This document shows, in pieces, positions 15,700 to 25,383 of a stretch of 64,000 nucleotides of DNA. The stretch lies in assembly GCA_963666325.1 (NCBI GenBank), contig OY762706.1, forward strand, positions 22,656 to 86,655, given 5' to 3'. How positions within the stretch are numbered: the first letter of the stretch is position 1; every line of letters begins with the position of its first letter. The notes below the pieces were generated by a model that saw nothing but the letters and a program-made list of their open reading frames with translations, had not been told where the DNA came from and did no database searches. Position numbers and translations under genes: made by a program. The DNA comes from Pseudomonadales bacterium (GTDB taxonomy: Bacteria; Pseudomonadota; Gammaproteobacteria; Pseudomonadales; Pseudohongiellaceae).

Positions 15700-17688
15700 T
15701 CACTCAGGCAAGGCAAACACCACGAGTTCGCCGAATTCTCCGTCGCGGCCGCCGCCTGCTACGGCGATGTATTGCCGGCCCTCGTGTTGAAAACTCATCG
15801 GCGCGCCGTGCAGGCGCTGATCGACCATGATTTCACCAAGCAATTCGCCGGTTTCCTTGTCGTGTGCGACCAGGACCGAGCCCGCGGCTTCCGGGTCTAT
15901 TTCGTCCTTCTGCGCCAGGTAGGAGATGAGCAGGGTCTCGGTGATGATGACGCCGCCTTCGGCGACTACGTCGTTGAACACGCTGCCCAGGGGGCCGAGA
16001 TTCAGATGGGCGATAGCCGGATGATCCGTGGGGCCCTTGCCGAAAGGAATCTGCCAGAGGTGTTCGCCCGTGTTGAGATCGATTGCGGTAATGCGCCGGT
16101 AGGGTGGCTTGAGCAAGGGTAAACCTTGCGGCCCGGCGGTGCTGTCGTATCGGATCACATAGGGCCAGTCTGAAGCGGCGGCAGGTGGCTCGATCAGGGA
16201 CATGCCGGTGGGCCGAGTTACCGAAGGGATGTAGAGCACGCCGGTTTCCGGATCGAGCGATGCGCCGGGGAAGTTTGCGCCGCCGCCGGCGCCGGGAACG
16301 ACGATGGTCGAGCGCTTGCCGTCCTGACCCGCGACAATGGTGGGCGTGAAGATCGGCCCGATAACGTATTCGCTCGCAATTTGCTCTGCTTCGGCGCGCA
16401 GTTCCGGCGTGAAATCGATCAGATCGTCTTCGGTGATGCCGATTTGCTCGAAGGGAAGGGGCCAGGTCGGAAACGGCTGGGTAGGGTGCAATCTTTCACC
16501 GGGAACCGTGCTCGGCGGCACGGGCCGCTCCTCGATGGGCCAGACCGGCTCTCCGGTAAGGCGGTCGAACACATAGGTGAAGCCGGTCTTTGAGACTTGC
16601 GCCACGGCCTTGATCGGCCTGCCGTCGACGACGATATCGACCAGATTGGGCGCCGAGGCAATGTCGTAGTCCCAGATGCCGTGATGCACGGTCTGGAAGT
16701 GCCAGATTCGCTCGCCGGTATCGGCGTTCAGCGCGACCAGGCTTTCGGCGAAGACATTCTCGCCGTGGCGCATGCCGCCCCAGTAGTCGTTCGTCGGCGT
16801 GGAAACAGGCAAATAGACGATTCCCGCTTCGTCGTCGGCGGCCATGAATGACCAGACATTGGTGTTGCCGACAGTTGCCCAGGAGCCGTTCTCCCAGGTC
16901 TCGTTGTAGGGCTCGCCGGGCTGGGGAACGGTGTTGAATCGCCATTTGAACTCGCCGGTGTAGGCGTCGTAAGCGCGAACGTGTCCGGGCGGGCTACGAT
17001 TGGACATGATGTAGTCGAAAATCTTCGAGCCGACGATCACGCTGCTGCCGACGGCGATCGGCGGCGCGCCATGGGTGATGTTGTTCATTTCGAATTCGAG
17101 CCGGCCCAGATCGCCGCGCAGATCCACGAAGCCGTCATCGCCGAAATTCGGGTCAGGCTCTCCCGTGGCGATGTCTATGGAAACCAATTGCTTTCCTAAT
17201 GTGGCGATGAAGATGCGTTCGATTTCGCCATCGGTCCAGTATTCGATACCCCGTGTCTGAACTGGGGAGAAATTGGGCGGTCCCGCACGATAGCTTTCCG
17301 GGTCGAACAGCCATAGCTCCTCACCGCTGGCCGGGTCCAGCGCCACGACCTGTGCATGATTGGTGGCGGTATAGAGCACGCCATTGACGAAAATCGGCGT
17401 GGCGCGATAGTCGCCCGTGAAATAGCGCAGTCCCTCATCGATGCGTGAATCGGCCGAGGCCCAGGACCAGGCGATTTCAAGCTCGGAGAAATTGCTTCGG
17501 TCGATCTCGCCGTGCGGTGCGTATTTACTCGAAGAATGATCGGCTCCGTGATGTGGCCAGTTGGCCGTGGAACCGCCGTCAGGCGCGGGCCGACAGGCCG
17601 CCAGAGCAAGACTCAGCGCCAGCGCCGGAATCGCGGATATACGTCGAAGGCTTATGGGTGTCCCATGTTTGGAAATGCCGGGAGTCAT
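15700..17688 (-). CDS. PQQ-dependent dehydrogenase, glucose/aldose dehydrogenase-like lipoprotein
   Basis: Lipobox LALAAC. ..HFQTVHHGIWDYDIASAPNLVDIVVDGRPIKAVAQVSKTGFTYVFDRLTGEPVWP.. is present. Paralog of 7617-9644. Confidence 0.88.
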   Translation of the reverse strand: MTPGISKHGTPISLRRISAIPALALSLALAACRPAPDGGSTANWPHHGADHSSSKYAPHGEIDRSNFSELEIAWSWASADSRIDEGLRYFTGDYRATPIFVNGVLYTATNHAQVVALDPASGEELWLFDPESYRAGPPNFSPVQTRGIEYWTDGEIERIFIATLGKQLVSIDIATGEPDPNFGDDGFVDLRGDLGRLEFEMNNITHGAPPIAVGSSVIVGSKIFDYIMSNRSPPGHVRAYDAYTGEFKWRFNTVPQPGEPYNETWENGSWATVGNTNVWSFMAADDEAGIVYLPVSTPTNDYWGGMRHGENVFAESLVALNADTGERIWHFQTVHHGIWDYDIASAPNLVDIVVDGRPIKAVAQVSKTGFTYVFDRLTGEPVWPIEERPVPPSTVPGERLHPTQPFPTWPLPFEQIGITEDDLIDFTPELRAEAEQIASEYVIGPIFTPTIVAGQDGKRSTIVVPGAGGGANFPGASLDPETGVLYIPSVTRPTGMSLIEPPAAASDWPYVIRYDSTAGPQGLPLLKPPYRRITAIDLNTGEHLWQIPFGKGPTDHPAIAHLNLGPLGSVFNDVVAEGGVIITETLLISYLAQKDEIDPEAAGSVLVAHDKETGELLGEIMVDQRLHGAPMSFQHEGRQYIAVAGGGRDGEFGELVVFALPE

Positions 17689-17715
17689 GAGCGGAGTCCT
17701 CTGCAGGGAGATGGC

Positions 17716-18894
17716 TTAGTCGATGGCGCGGTAATCGCGCAGGATTTCCAGCACTTCATCAAGGGGAATCGCGCGCAATTCCCCTCGGGCGCTGTTCACC
17801 GTGGTCGCCTTGAAGATGGCGTTATAGATCGCTTCTTCGGTGGCTTCGGCAGTAGCCGCGAACAACGGCGACATGGCTTCGTTCACCAGCACTTCGGTCG
17901 GCACCGGCGCGGCGCTGCTGCGAGGGCGGCGCACGCTCGGATTGGACGAAAATGCAATGACGTAATCGCCCGAGCCATTGCTCGCGAACGAGCCGGTGCG
18001 CGCAAGGCCCATCATTGCCCGCATGGAAAGCCGCTCAAGGCCGCGGCTGTCGAGCGGGGCGTCGGTGGCAACCACCATCATGATCGAGCCGTCTTCGCGA
18101 TCCTGGTCTTCGCCTTCGATCGATGCGCGGAAGGAATAATTGCCGAGTTCCCGGCCTACTGGCGCGCCGTTGATCTCAAGCACGCCACCGTAATTGGTCT
18201 GCACGAGTACGCCGATGGTGTAGCCGCCGAGGTCGGCAGGCAATACGCGCGAACTCGTGCCGATGCCGCCTTTCCAGCCAAAAGCCTGGGTGCCGGTGCC
18301 GGCGCCGATCGAGCCTTCCGCGACAGGACCGCCGCCGGCGCTATCGAGCGCCTCGAATACCTCATCGCGCTGAACCGGGTCGGCCCACATGTTGTTCACG
18401 CGGCTGTCGTTGGTTTCTCCGACGACCGGGTTCAGGGTGTGTTCGCCCATGCCCGGCTGTTCGTACATCCATTCCTTGAGCGCGTTGGCGGCGCTCCATA
18501 CGCACAAGGTGCAGACCAGCAGCACGGGAGTCTCGATTTCGCCGAACTCGCGCACCTGGGTTTCACCGATCAGCTTGCCGTAGCCGTTGCCGACATGAAT
18601 CCAGGCTGGAATCGGGTGCGTGTAGAGATTGCCCGGCGCCGGGATGATCGCCGTAACGCCGGTGCGGATGTCGTCGTCGCGGATCACCGTGCTATGACCG
18701 ACGCGGACGCCTTCGATGTCGGTGATGGCGTTCAGCGGTCCGGGTTCGAATACGCCGACGATGACGCCGGCTTCCCGCGCCCGCGGCCGCTCATCCGCGT
18801 TCTGGGCCTGGGCCAGGCTCGCCGGCAGCAGAAGAGTGAATGCGAAGCAAACGAACGCGTATCGGCCAGGAATAGACATATTGTCACAACTCAT
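17716..18894 (-). CDS. DmpA/peptidase S58 (P1) family aminopeptidase
   Basis: GVRVGHSTV..GVTAI.. and the self-processing region GTGTQAFGWKGGIGTSSR. Signal peptide present. The start overlaps the stop of the upstream PQQ gene (ATGA at 18891-18894). Confidence 0.85.
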   Translation of the reverse strand: MSCDNMSIPGRYAFVCFAFTLLLPASLAQAQNADERPRAREAGVIVGVFEPGPLNAITDIEGVRVGHSTVIRDDDIRTGVTAIIPAPGNLYTHPIPAWIHVGNGYGKLIGETQVREFGEIETPVLLVCTLCVWSAANALKEWMYEQPGMGEHTLNPVVGETNDSRVNNMWADPVQRDEVFEALDSAGGGPVAEGSIGAGTGTQAFGWKGGIGTSSRVLPADLGGYTIGVLVQTNYGGVLEINGAPVGRELGNYSFRASIEGEDQDREDGSIMMVVATDAPLDSRGLERLSMRAMMGLARTGSFASNGSGDYVIAFSSNPSVRRPRSSAAPVPTEVLVNEAMSPLFAATAEATEEAIYNAIFKATTVNSARGELRAIPLDEVLEILRDYRAID

Positions 18895-20648
18895 TGTTCT
18901 GGAAGAGCAAAAACATGAATGGCATTGCCGCGGGCGGGATGCCTCAATTCAGGCGCAAGTTCCCGCGGCAGCATGTTCGACCAACTCGCACCACCGACTC
19001 CGGCGGGCAGGGCAACAAATTGGCGGCCGTCTACCATGTAACTGATCGGAAAGCCCTGGGCGGAGGTATTGACCCGTGTCTGCCAGAGAATTTCGCCGTT
19101 TTCGGCATCGAAAGCGAACATGCGCCGGTCATAGTCACCTGCGAAAATCAGCCCGCCGGCAGTCGCCAGCGCGGCAGTATTGACAGGGGCGCGCGAGCGA
19201 TAACGCCAGCGTACTTCGCCGTCGGGCACTCCGAGCACGAGCAATTCACCGAGATTGTCCCCGGCTTCCGGATGCGGGTAATTGATCCGGCGCACAGGGC
19301 CGGTGCCGCCGCCACCGAGTTCGAATTCGACGGGGCCGAAGGTCGCGAGTTCGCAATTCAGGGTGATGGGGATATACAAAGCCCGGGTCTGCGGCGAATA
19401 CGACATGGCGCGCCAGCTCTTGAAGCCAGAGGTGCTCGGGCACATGTCAAGTTCCTGGCCGATGCGTGGAATCATGCCGTCGCGGTAACGCACGCTGCCG
19501 GTGACCGGATCGAGTTCGACGATGGTCTGGTAGCCGATGTCGGTGCCGGAGATGAATTCACCCGTGGCCCGGTCGAGTTGCCAGAGAATACCGAGCTTGC
19601 CCATCTTGAACAGCGACTGGCTGCCGTCCACATCTATCAGCACCGATTCGAACACTTCGTCCATGTCATGAGTCTCGCCCGGCAGATGCTGGTAATACCA
19701 GACGATCTCGCCGCTGTGCGGGTCCAGCGCCAGGGTGCTGTTGGTATAAAGCGCGTCGCCATCGGTACCTCGCACCACGCGCGCCCAGGGCTTGGCCTGG
19801 GCCGTTCCCATATAGACCAGCCCGGTCGCCGGGTCATAACTGCCGGAAATCCAGCTATCGCCGCCGGCGCGAAATTCCAGCGGCAAGTCGCCCCAGGAAG
19901 CGTCGCCTGGCTCGCCAGGTTGGGCGACCGTGCTGATGCGCCAGAGTTCTTCGCCGGTGTCGGGGTCGTGGCCGGTGATGTAACAGGCGCCTTCCTTGTA
20001 TCGATCGCAGCCGTTGATGCCGGTAACGACTACGCCGTCGGCGATGATCGGGCCAGCTACGTAGTTATAACCCATGGCAGGGTCGGCTACCGGCGATTCC
20101 CAGACCAGCAGGCCGGTCCGGCTGTCTACGGCGAGTACGCTGGCGTTCTCCGTCGCGGCGAAAATCCTGTCGCCGTAGATGGCGATGTTTTTTTGTACCC
20201 CGCGGCCGACCCCGGCCCAGTAACTGGCCGGCAGAGCGGTGTCGCCCAATTGTTCGGGGCCGAGAGGCTCCGCGCCGGAACCTTCCAGCGCGGGCGTGAT
20301 GCCCGGCCGGTATTCCCAAAGCAGGTCGCCCGTGACTGCATCGAGCGCCTGGATTACTCCTCTCGGGCCGGGCAGGAACATGACGCCGTCGTGCACCAGC
20401 GGCGCCGCCTGGCCCGCGCCGGTATCATCGAAAGACCAGGACCAGGCCAACTGCATTCGATGCACGTTGCCGGTATCGATCTGATCGAGTTCGCTGTAAC
20501 CCCAGCTTCCCTGGCTGCCACGCCAGTTGAGCCAGGACTCGGGCGGAGGGTCCGCCAGCATGGCGTCGGTAACCGGCGTGAGCGGCCCGGTCTGGGCCAT
20601 CGCCAGTGGAGCGAGCAAAGCCAGGGACATCCAGCAAGTTCGGCGCAT
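18891..20648 (-). CDS. PQQ-dependent dehydrogenase (methanol/ethanol-family beta-propeller, atypical: no Cys-Cys)
   Basis: PPESWLNWRGSQGSWGYSELDQI..AAPLVHDGVMFL.. and ..HLPGETHDMDEV.. are present. Signal peptide begins at MRRTCWMSLALLAPLAMAQ (start 20648, RBS gagga). Confidence 0.85.
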   Translation of the reverse strand: MRRTCWMSLALLAPLAMAQTGPLTPVTDAMLADPPPESWLNWRGSQGSWGYSELDQIDTGNVHRMQLAWSWSFDDTGAGQAAPLVHDGVMFLPGPRGVIQALDAVTGDLLWEYRPGITPALEGSGAEPLGPEQLGDTALPASYWAGVGRGVQKNIAIYGDRIFAATENASVLAVDSRTGLLVWESPVADPAMGYNYVAGPIIADGVVVTGINGCDRYKEGACYITGHDPDTGEELWRISTVAQPGEPGDASWGDLPLEFRAGGDSWISGSYDPATGLVYMGTAQAKPWARVVRGTDGDALYTNSTLALDPHSGEIVWYYQHLPGETHDMDEVFESVLIDVDGSQSLFKMGKLGILWQLDRATGEFISGTDIGYQTIVELDPVTGSVRYRDGMIPRIGQELDMCPSTSGFKSWRAMSYSPQTRALYIPITLNCELATFGPVEFELGGGGTGPVRRINYPHPEAGDNLGELLVLGVPDGEVRWRYRSRAPVNTAALATAGGLIFAGDYDRRMFAFDAENGEILWQTRVNTSAQGFPISYMVDGRQFVALPAGVGGASWSNMLPRELAPELRHPARGNAIHVFALPEQ

Positions 20649-20743
20649 TGAATATTCCTCAAGCATGGATGGCGGCAGCATAAACAGCCGTTGCCGATCA
20701 AGTCAAAACTTGTGTCAGAAGCAGCTCTTGTTTTGCTGACGAA

Positions 20744-20810
20744 AAGATCCTGCGACTGCGCGCAGGATGACAATTCCCACTGTGTCATTCTGCGCGTAGT
20801 CGCAGAATCT
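20744..20810. repeat. REP-like compound palindrome (copy b)
   Basis: AAGATCCTGCGACTGCGCGCAGGATGACaattcccactgtGTCATTCTGCGCGTAGTCGCAGAATCT, in a divergent intergenic region. Confidence 0.85.
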
Positions 20811-20932
20811 GGCCCGGAACCGGGGGGTGTGCATGACTTCGGGTCTCAAGTATCATCGGCTGAGTCTGCCGGGACGAGCGAAGTTGCGGCGAATGGCGGC
20901 CTGCGCCGTCAACTCACGAAAAGGAGATAACA

Positions 20933-22228
20933 ATGGGCAAGCTGAAACTTCACTGGAAAATCCTGATAGCCATAGTGCTGGCGGTAGTGCTGGGGTCGAT
21001 TACCGGCACTGAAATGGGCGTGTTGGGAGTTACGTTCCACGGGATTTACGACTTCGTCGGCACCTTGTTTCTCAACGCCCTCAGAATGATCATCGTGCCG
21101 CTGATCATGTCTACCATCATCGTCAGCATCGCCAAACTCGGCAGCGGTTCCGATTTGGGCCGGCTCGGCGGCAAGACGGTTATTTACTACGCGACAACCA
21201 GCACATTGGCCATTTTGGTCGGACTGGCCTTTGTCAATTTCCTTGCTCCGGGAATTGTCAACGGCAATCCGGCCGGCGACGCCTTGAACCTGACCGCGGA
21301 CAGCGGCGAACTCGCCACGGTGATGGCCAACGCAGAAGGTCGCGCGAGCGGTGACATCGTCTACATCTTCCTGCGCATGGTGCCTACCAATATCGTCGGC
21401 GCCGCAGCGGAAGGTGAGTTGCTCGGGCTCATATTCTTCAGTCTGGTGTTCGGGTTTTTCATGTCCCGAATTCCGGAAGGACCCCGGGAAACCATGCTCA
21501 GTTTCTGGGTCGGCGTTTCCGAAACCATGATGAAGATCACCATGTGGATCATGAGTTTCGCCCCTTACGGCGTATTCGGACTGGTGGCGAGCACTGTGGC
21601 GTCGACGGGTTTCGCGGCGTTTGAGCCAATGCTCAAGTTCTTCTTCACTGTAGTGCTGGCGCTGTCTTTCCACGTATTCGTGACCTTGCCGATCATTTTG
21701 AAATACATTGCCCGGGTTAGCCCCTTAGCCCATTTCCAGGCCATGGCGCCGGCGATATTGACCGCTTTTTCCTTGTCCTCGTCTTCGGCCACGCTGCCTT
21801 TGACCATGGAATGCACGAATAAAAGAGCAGGGGTGTCGGATCGGGTGACGAGTTTCTGCCTGCCGCTTGGCGCCACCATCAATATGGACGGTACGGCCCT
21901 TTACGAATGCGTCGCAGCGATCTTCCTTGCCCAGGCCTACGGGCTGGATATGACTTTCGGCACCCAGTTCACGGTTGTGCTGGTAGCCTTGCTGACATCA
22001 GTCGGAGTTGCCGGCGTTCCGGCCGCCAGTCTGGTTGCCATTGCCGTTATTCTCACGGCCATTGGTCTGCCTCTCGAAGCAATCGGCCTGCTGCTGGTGA
22101 CGGATCGCATCCTGGATATGTTCAGGACATCCATCAACATCTTCTCGGATTCATGCGGCGCCGTGGTCATCGGCAAGTCCGAAAAGGAAACAGGAATACT
22201 GCAAGCTCCGGCTCCGGCTCCGGCCTGA
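20933..22228 (+). CDS. Dicarboxylate/amino acid:cation symporter (DAACS family)
   Basis: 431-aa polytopic membrane protein. ..SSSSATLPLTMEC.. and ..LPLGATINMDGTALYE.. are conserved SDF motifs. Confidence 0.88.
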   Translation: MGKLKLHWKILIAIVLAVVLGSITGTEMGVLGVTFHGIYDFVGTLFLNALRMIIVPLIMSTIIVSIAKLGSGSDLGRLGGKTVIYYATTSTLAILVGLAFVNFLAPGIVNGNPAGDALNLTADSGELATVMANAEGRASGDIVYIFLRMVPTNIVGAAAEGELLGLIFFSLVFGFFMSRIPEGPRETMLSFWVGVSETMMKITMWIMSFAPYGVFGLVASTVASTGFAAFEPMLKFFFTVVLALSFHVFVTLPIILKYIARVSPLAHFQAMAPAILTAFSLSSSSATLPLTMECTNKRAGVSDRVTSFCLPLGATINMDGTALYECVAAIFLAQAYGLDMTFGTQFTVVLVALLTSVGVAGVPAASLVAIAVILTAIGLPLEAIGLLLVTDRILDMFRTSINIFSDSCGAVVIGKSEKETGILQAPAPAPA

Positions 22229-22242
22229 TCCGGAATCAAGGA

Positions 22243-23382
22243 ATGGACATGGATAAACCGGCGATTACGCTAGGCGTCGAGGAAGAGTTTTTCCTGGTGG
22301 ATGCCGACAGCCGCGATCTGCTGGCAGACCCGTCGCCGGAAATTTTCGAGTTCTGCACATGTAACGCGGGCCCGCACTCTGTGGTTCACGAATTCCTCCG
22401 CTCACAGATTGAAACCAATACGAGAGTTTGCAATTCGGTTGGTGAAGTTCGGCAGGCACTGTGCGAGACGCGCAAGCTGGTATTGGACGCGGCGGCGCAG
22501 CATGACGCAAGACTGATCGCAGCTTCCACTCATCCATTCGGACGCTGGGACGAACAAATGCACACGGAGGGGGACCGCTACCGGCATTTCGCGGTGATCT
22601 TCCAGGAAAGCATGCGTCGCTCCGTGAACGGCGGCTTGCACGTCCACGCCGGATTCGGCGACGCCGACGACCGCATTCGCGTGATGACGGCGATGCGGCG
22701 GTACCTGCCGCTGCTGCATGCGCTTTCCACGTCTTCGCCGTTCAGCGAAGGGCGGATGACCGGCTTCAAGTCGTACCGGCTGAATCTGATGGGAGTCCTG
22801 CCGCGCACCAGCGTGCCCGGTGCGCTTTATTCACAGGCCGAGTACGACAAATTGCTGGATGACTATCGGGCAATGGACTTCGTGCGCGACGGCAGCGAAC
22901 TCTGGTGGGACATCCGTCCGTCGCAGAAATATCCCACGATCGAAATGCGCATATGCGATATGGGCACCCGCATCGAGGAAACCATGACCCTGGTCGCGTT
23001 GTACGCGTGCCTGGTGCGCTGGCTGTTGCGCAACAAGGACTCGCTTCCACCGGAGCCGCCCACCGAAATCATCGCCGAGAACCGCTGGCTGGCCCAGCGC
23101 TATGGCGTGTTCGCGGTATTGGGCTCTCCGCTGGGCAAGGATCGTCAGGATATCGGCGACATCGCCGAATGGCTGACGGGAGAACTCGCCGAGGACGCCG
23201 CGGCGCTGGATTGCGAAGCCGAATTGAAATACGTCCATGAAATCATCCGTCACGGCTCCAGCGCCGACCGGCAGATCGATCTGTATCGGCTGCGGCGGCT
23301 CGAAGGCGACAGCGAAGAGGAGTCATTGATTGCCGTGGTGGACGCGCTGATCGAGGAGACCCGCGAAGGACTGGCTGCATGA
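22243..23382 (+). CDS. Carboxylate-amine ligase, glutamate-cysteine ligase family 2 (YbdK-like)
   Basis: ITLGVEEEFFLVD.., ..GLHVHAG.. and ..WWDIRPS..YPTIEMRICD.. are present. The ORF-track frame was trimmed to ATG 22243 to avoid overlapping the transporter. Confidence 0.85.
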   Translation: MDMDKPAITLGVEEEFFLVDADSRDLLADPSPEIFEFCTCNAGPHSVVHEFLRSQIETNTRVCNSVGEVRQALCETRKLVLDAAAQHDARLIAASTHPFGRWDEQMHTEGDRYRHFAVIFQESMRRSVNGGLHVHAGFGDADDRIRVMTAMRRYLPLLHALSTSSPFSEGRMTGFKSYRLNLMGVLPRTSVPGALYSQAEYDKLLDDYRAMDFVRDGSELWWDIRPSQKYPTIEMRICDMGTRIEETMTLVALYACLVRWLLRNKDSLPPEPPTEIIAENRWLAQRYGVFAVLGSPLGKDRQDIGDIAEWLTGELAEDAAALDCEAELKYVHEIIRHGSSADRQIDLYRLRRLEGDSEEESLIAVVDALIEETREGLAA

Positions 23383-25382
23383 GCGCGGTAAGGCACATGC
23401 GAAACTTTCGCACCGCAATGCTGCCGATTTTCGCCTTGTTGCTGGCTTTTGCATCAGGCGCCCTGGCTCAGCCGAACGGCATCGATGAGATCGATGAAGA
23501 ACTGCTGCGCCGTGTGCTTCCGGCTGCCGAATTTTTCGCGCCGGCGAAAAGCTCCCTGCCGATCTATGCGGGTTATGCGGGTTCCGAGCCCGAGGCCGAA
23601 CTTGCCGGTTTCGTCTTTTTCACGCCGGATCTGCCGCCCGAGGAAATCGGTTATAGCGCGCCTATCGACATGCTCGTCGGCATAGACGCGGAAGGCGTGG
23701 TCACCGGCCTCGAAATCGTTCATTACACTGAGTCCTACAAGGCAATACGCGGCGATTTCATCCACACCGAAGGCTTCCCCGGGCAATTTTCGGGCAAGGA
23801 AATCGGCGAAGGATTTCGCGTCGGCCGCGACGTAGACGGCATTTCCCGCGCCACGATCACCGCCTGGGCGGTGTCCCGTGGCATTCGCAACGCCGCGCGC
23901 AGGGTCGCCCTGGAACATCTGCCCGATACCGATTTCGTGCGATCCACGAATGCCGACGGCCGTGCGCTGCAGTTCCTCGAAGGCAAGTCCTGGGATGACT
24001 TCAAGGCCGACGGCCTGGTGCGCGAACTCGACGTGGAAATGGCCGATGGCACGATACTGCGTTTAGAGGTCGCCTTCATGGCCCACGACGGGCTCGGCGA
24101 ACTGCTCGTCGGCGCCGACGATTACTCCCGCGCCGAACGTGAAGCCAGTGCCCGGGTGAACGACGGCAATCTCGTCCTCGTGGGCATCGACGGAGATTCG
24201 AGCATGCCGTTCCGCCAGGAACGTCTGGCGGTTGAGCAGAACGGCGAATTCATTCGACTCGAGCGGCGCCGCTTCGTTTACGTCGGCAGCGCCGATAACG
24301 GCAAGATCGCCGGCAATGTGCGCTTCGCCGGCGCCATGGTGCTCGACGACCGTATCGACATTACCCAGCCATTCTTCGTGCACTACGATCTCAGCGACCA
24401 GTTGGCCCAGTTCGGCTACATTGCAAGCCTCGAATACCAGGTCCCTTCGTTGCCGCTGGCGCTGGCCCAGGGCACGGAACTGCCGCCGGAGTTCAGCGTT
24501 TTCGACTCGGACGACATCGCCCTGACGACGGACACGAGCCGGATTGCCTACCTGATCGAGACCGCACCGCCGATGCAAACCGGCGCCTTGCTCTTCCTGC
24601 TTGCCCTGGTCAGCATCAGTTTCGCGACCAAGAATTCGACCCTGCGCTGGACCACGCTCGCCTTCACGCTGGTTTATCTTGGCTGGATCGACGGCGGCTT
24701 CCTGTCGGTTTCCCACATCACCAATGTCATCAAGCAGGGCCCGTCGATGTTCCTCACCGACTTGCCGACCTTGATCATCGTCGTTTTCACCGTGGCGACG
24801 ACGTTGTTCTGGGGCAGGGTGTTCTGCTCCTCGCTCTGCCCCTTCGGCGCCTTGCAGGACTTTATCAGCCGCTTCCTGCCCCGGCATTTCCAGAAGGAAC
24901 TGCCGCGCGCCATCCACAACGCGGCGATCTACATCAAGTACGGCGTATTGGGATTCTTACTGCTGATGGCGGTGGCCTGGGCCGACCTGAGCCTGTTCCA
25001 GTACTTCGAGCCTTTCGGCACGATCTTCTATTTCAGCCAGTCGGTCTGGCTCTGGGTGATCCTGATCGCTTTCCTGGCGGCTTCCGTCTTCATCAGCCGC
25101 TTCTATTGCCGCTACGCATGTCCGCTGGGCGCCGCCCTCGGCGTCGTCTCGATGATTTCACCCTTCCGCATCAAGCGCGTGCGGCAATGTGTCTATTGCA
25201 AGGTCTGCGAGCATTCCTGCCCGACCGGCGCCATCCACGGCCCGAAGATCGATTTCAAGGAATGCGTGCGCTGCGACGACTGCGAAAGCAAACTCATCCA
25301 CCAGGCGGGCGTGTGCAAGCACCCGGTGGAAGAGGTCCGCTCAAGGATCAAGCATCCCGAACTGATTGCGACTACGGGCTAG
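23379..25382 (+). CDS. NosR/NirI-family membrane protein (periplasmic FMN-binding domain, CX3CP motifs, 2x[4Fe-4S] ferredoxin motifs)
   Basis: FMN_bind-like region ..VDGISRATITAWAV... TM helices carrying CSSLCPFG and CRYACPLG. C-terminal CVYCKVCEHSCP and CVRCDDCE. The start overlaps the ligase stop (ATGA). Confidence 0.8.
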   Translation: MSAVRHMRNFRTAMLPIFALLLAFASGALAQPNGIDEIDEELLRRVLPAAEFFAPAKSSLPIYAGYAGSEPEAELAGFVFFTPDLPPEEIGYSAPIDMLVGIDAEGVVTGLEIVHYTESYKAIRGDFIHTEGFPGQFSGKEIGEGFRVGRDVDGISRATITAWAVSRGIRNAARRVALEHLPDTDFVRSTNADGRALQFLEGKSWDDFKADGLVRELDVEMADGTILRLEVAFMAHDGLGELLVGADDYSRAEREASARVNDGNLVLVGIDGDSSMPFRQERLAVEQNGEFIRLERRRFVYVGSADNGKIAGNVRFAGAMVLDDRIDITQPFFVHYDLSDQLAQFGYIASLEYQVPSLPLALAQGTELPPEFSVFDSDDIALTTDTSRIAYLIETAPPMQTGALLFLLALVSISFATKNSTLRWTTLAFTLVYLGWIDGGFLSVSHITNVIKQGPSMFLTDLPTLIIVVFTVATTLFWGRVFCSSLCPFGALQDFISRFLPRHFQKELPRAIHNAAIYIKYGVLGFLLLMAVAWADLSLFQYFEPFGTIFYFSQSVWLWVILIAFLAASVFISRFYCRYACPLGAALGVVSMISPFRIKRVRQCVYCKVCEHSCPTGAIHGPKIDFKECVRCDDCESKLIHQAGVCKHPVEEVRSRIKHPELIATTG

Positions 25383-25383
25383 A

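Noticed and set aside
7617-20648. Lanthanide-type D-x-D signature in the other three PQQ enzymes (WNFDTP, WDYDIA, HDMDEV).
   Set aside because: Ca/Mg-dependent GDH-family enzymes also carry a D-x-D-like motif at this position as I recall it. The 596-aa protein lacks the Cys-Cys ring needed to anchor the alignment. The signature is therefore not diagnostic without a proper alignment.
21907-22242. N-terminal extensions in the ORF track (21907 for the ligase, 60175 for the carboxyltransferase, 41782 for the esterase, 44274 for frmA, 50018 for the TBDR, 29880 for the oxidase).
   Set aside because: The extensions overlap upstream genes or consist of Arg-rich junk. Internal ATGs with an SD and/or signal peptides coincide with where family homology begins.
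23379-25382. Calling the NosR-like protein a nitrous-oxide reductase regulator and inferring denitrification.
   Set aside because: No nosZ/nosDFY or nir genes are in the window, and the operon partners are a ligase and a transporter. Only the family-level call is supported.
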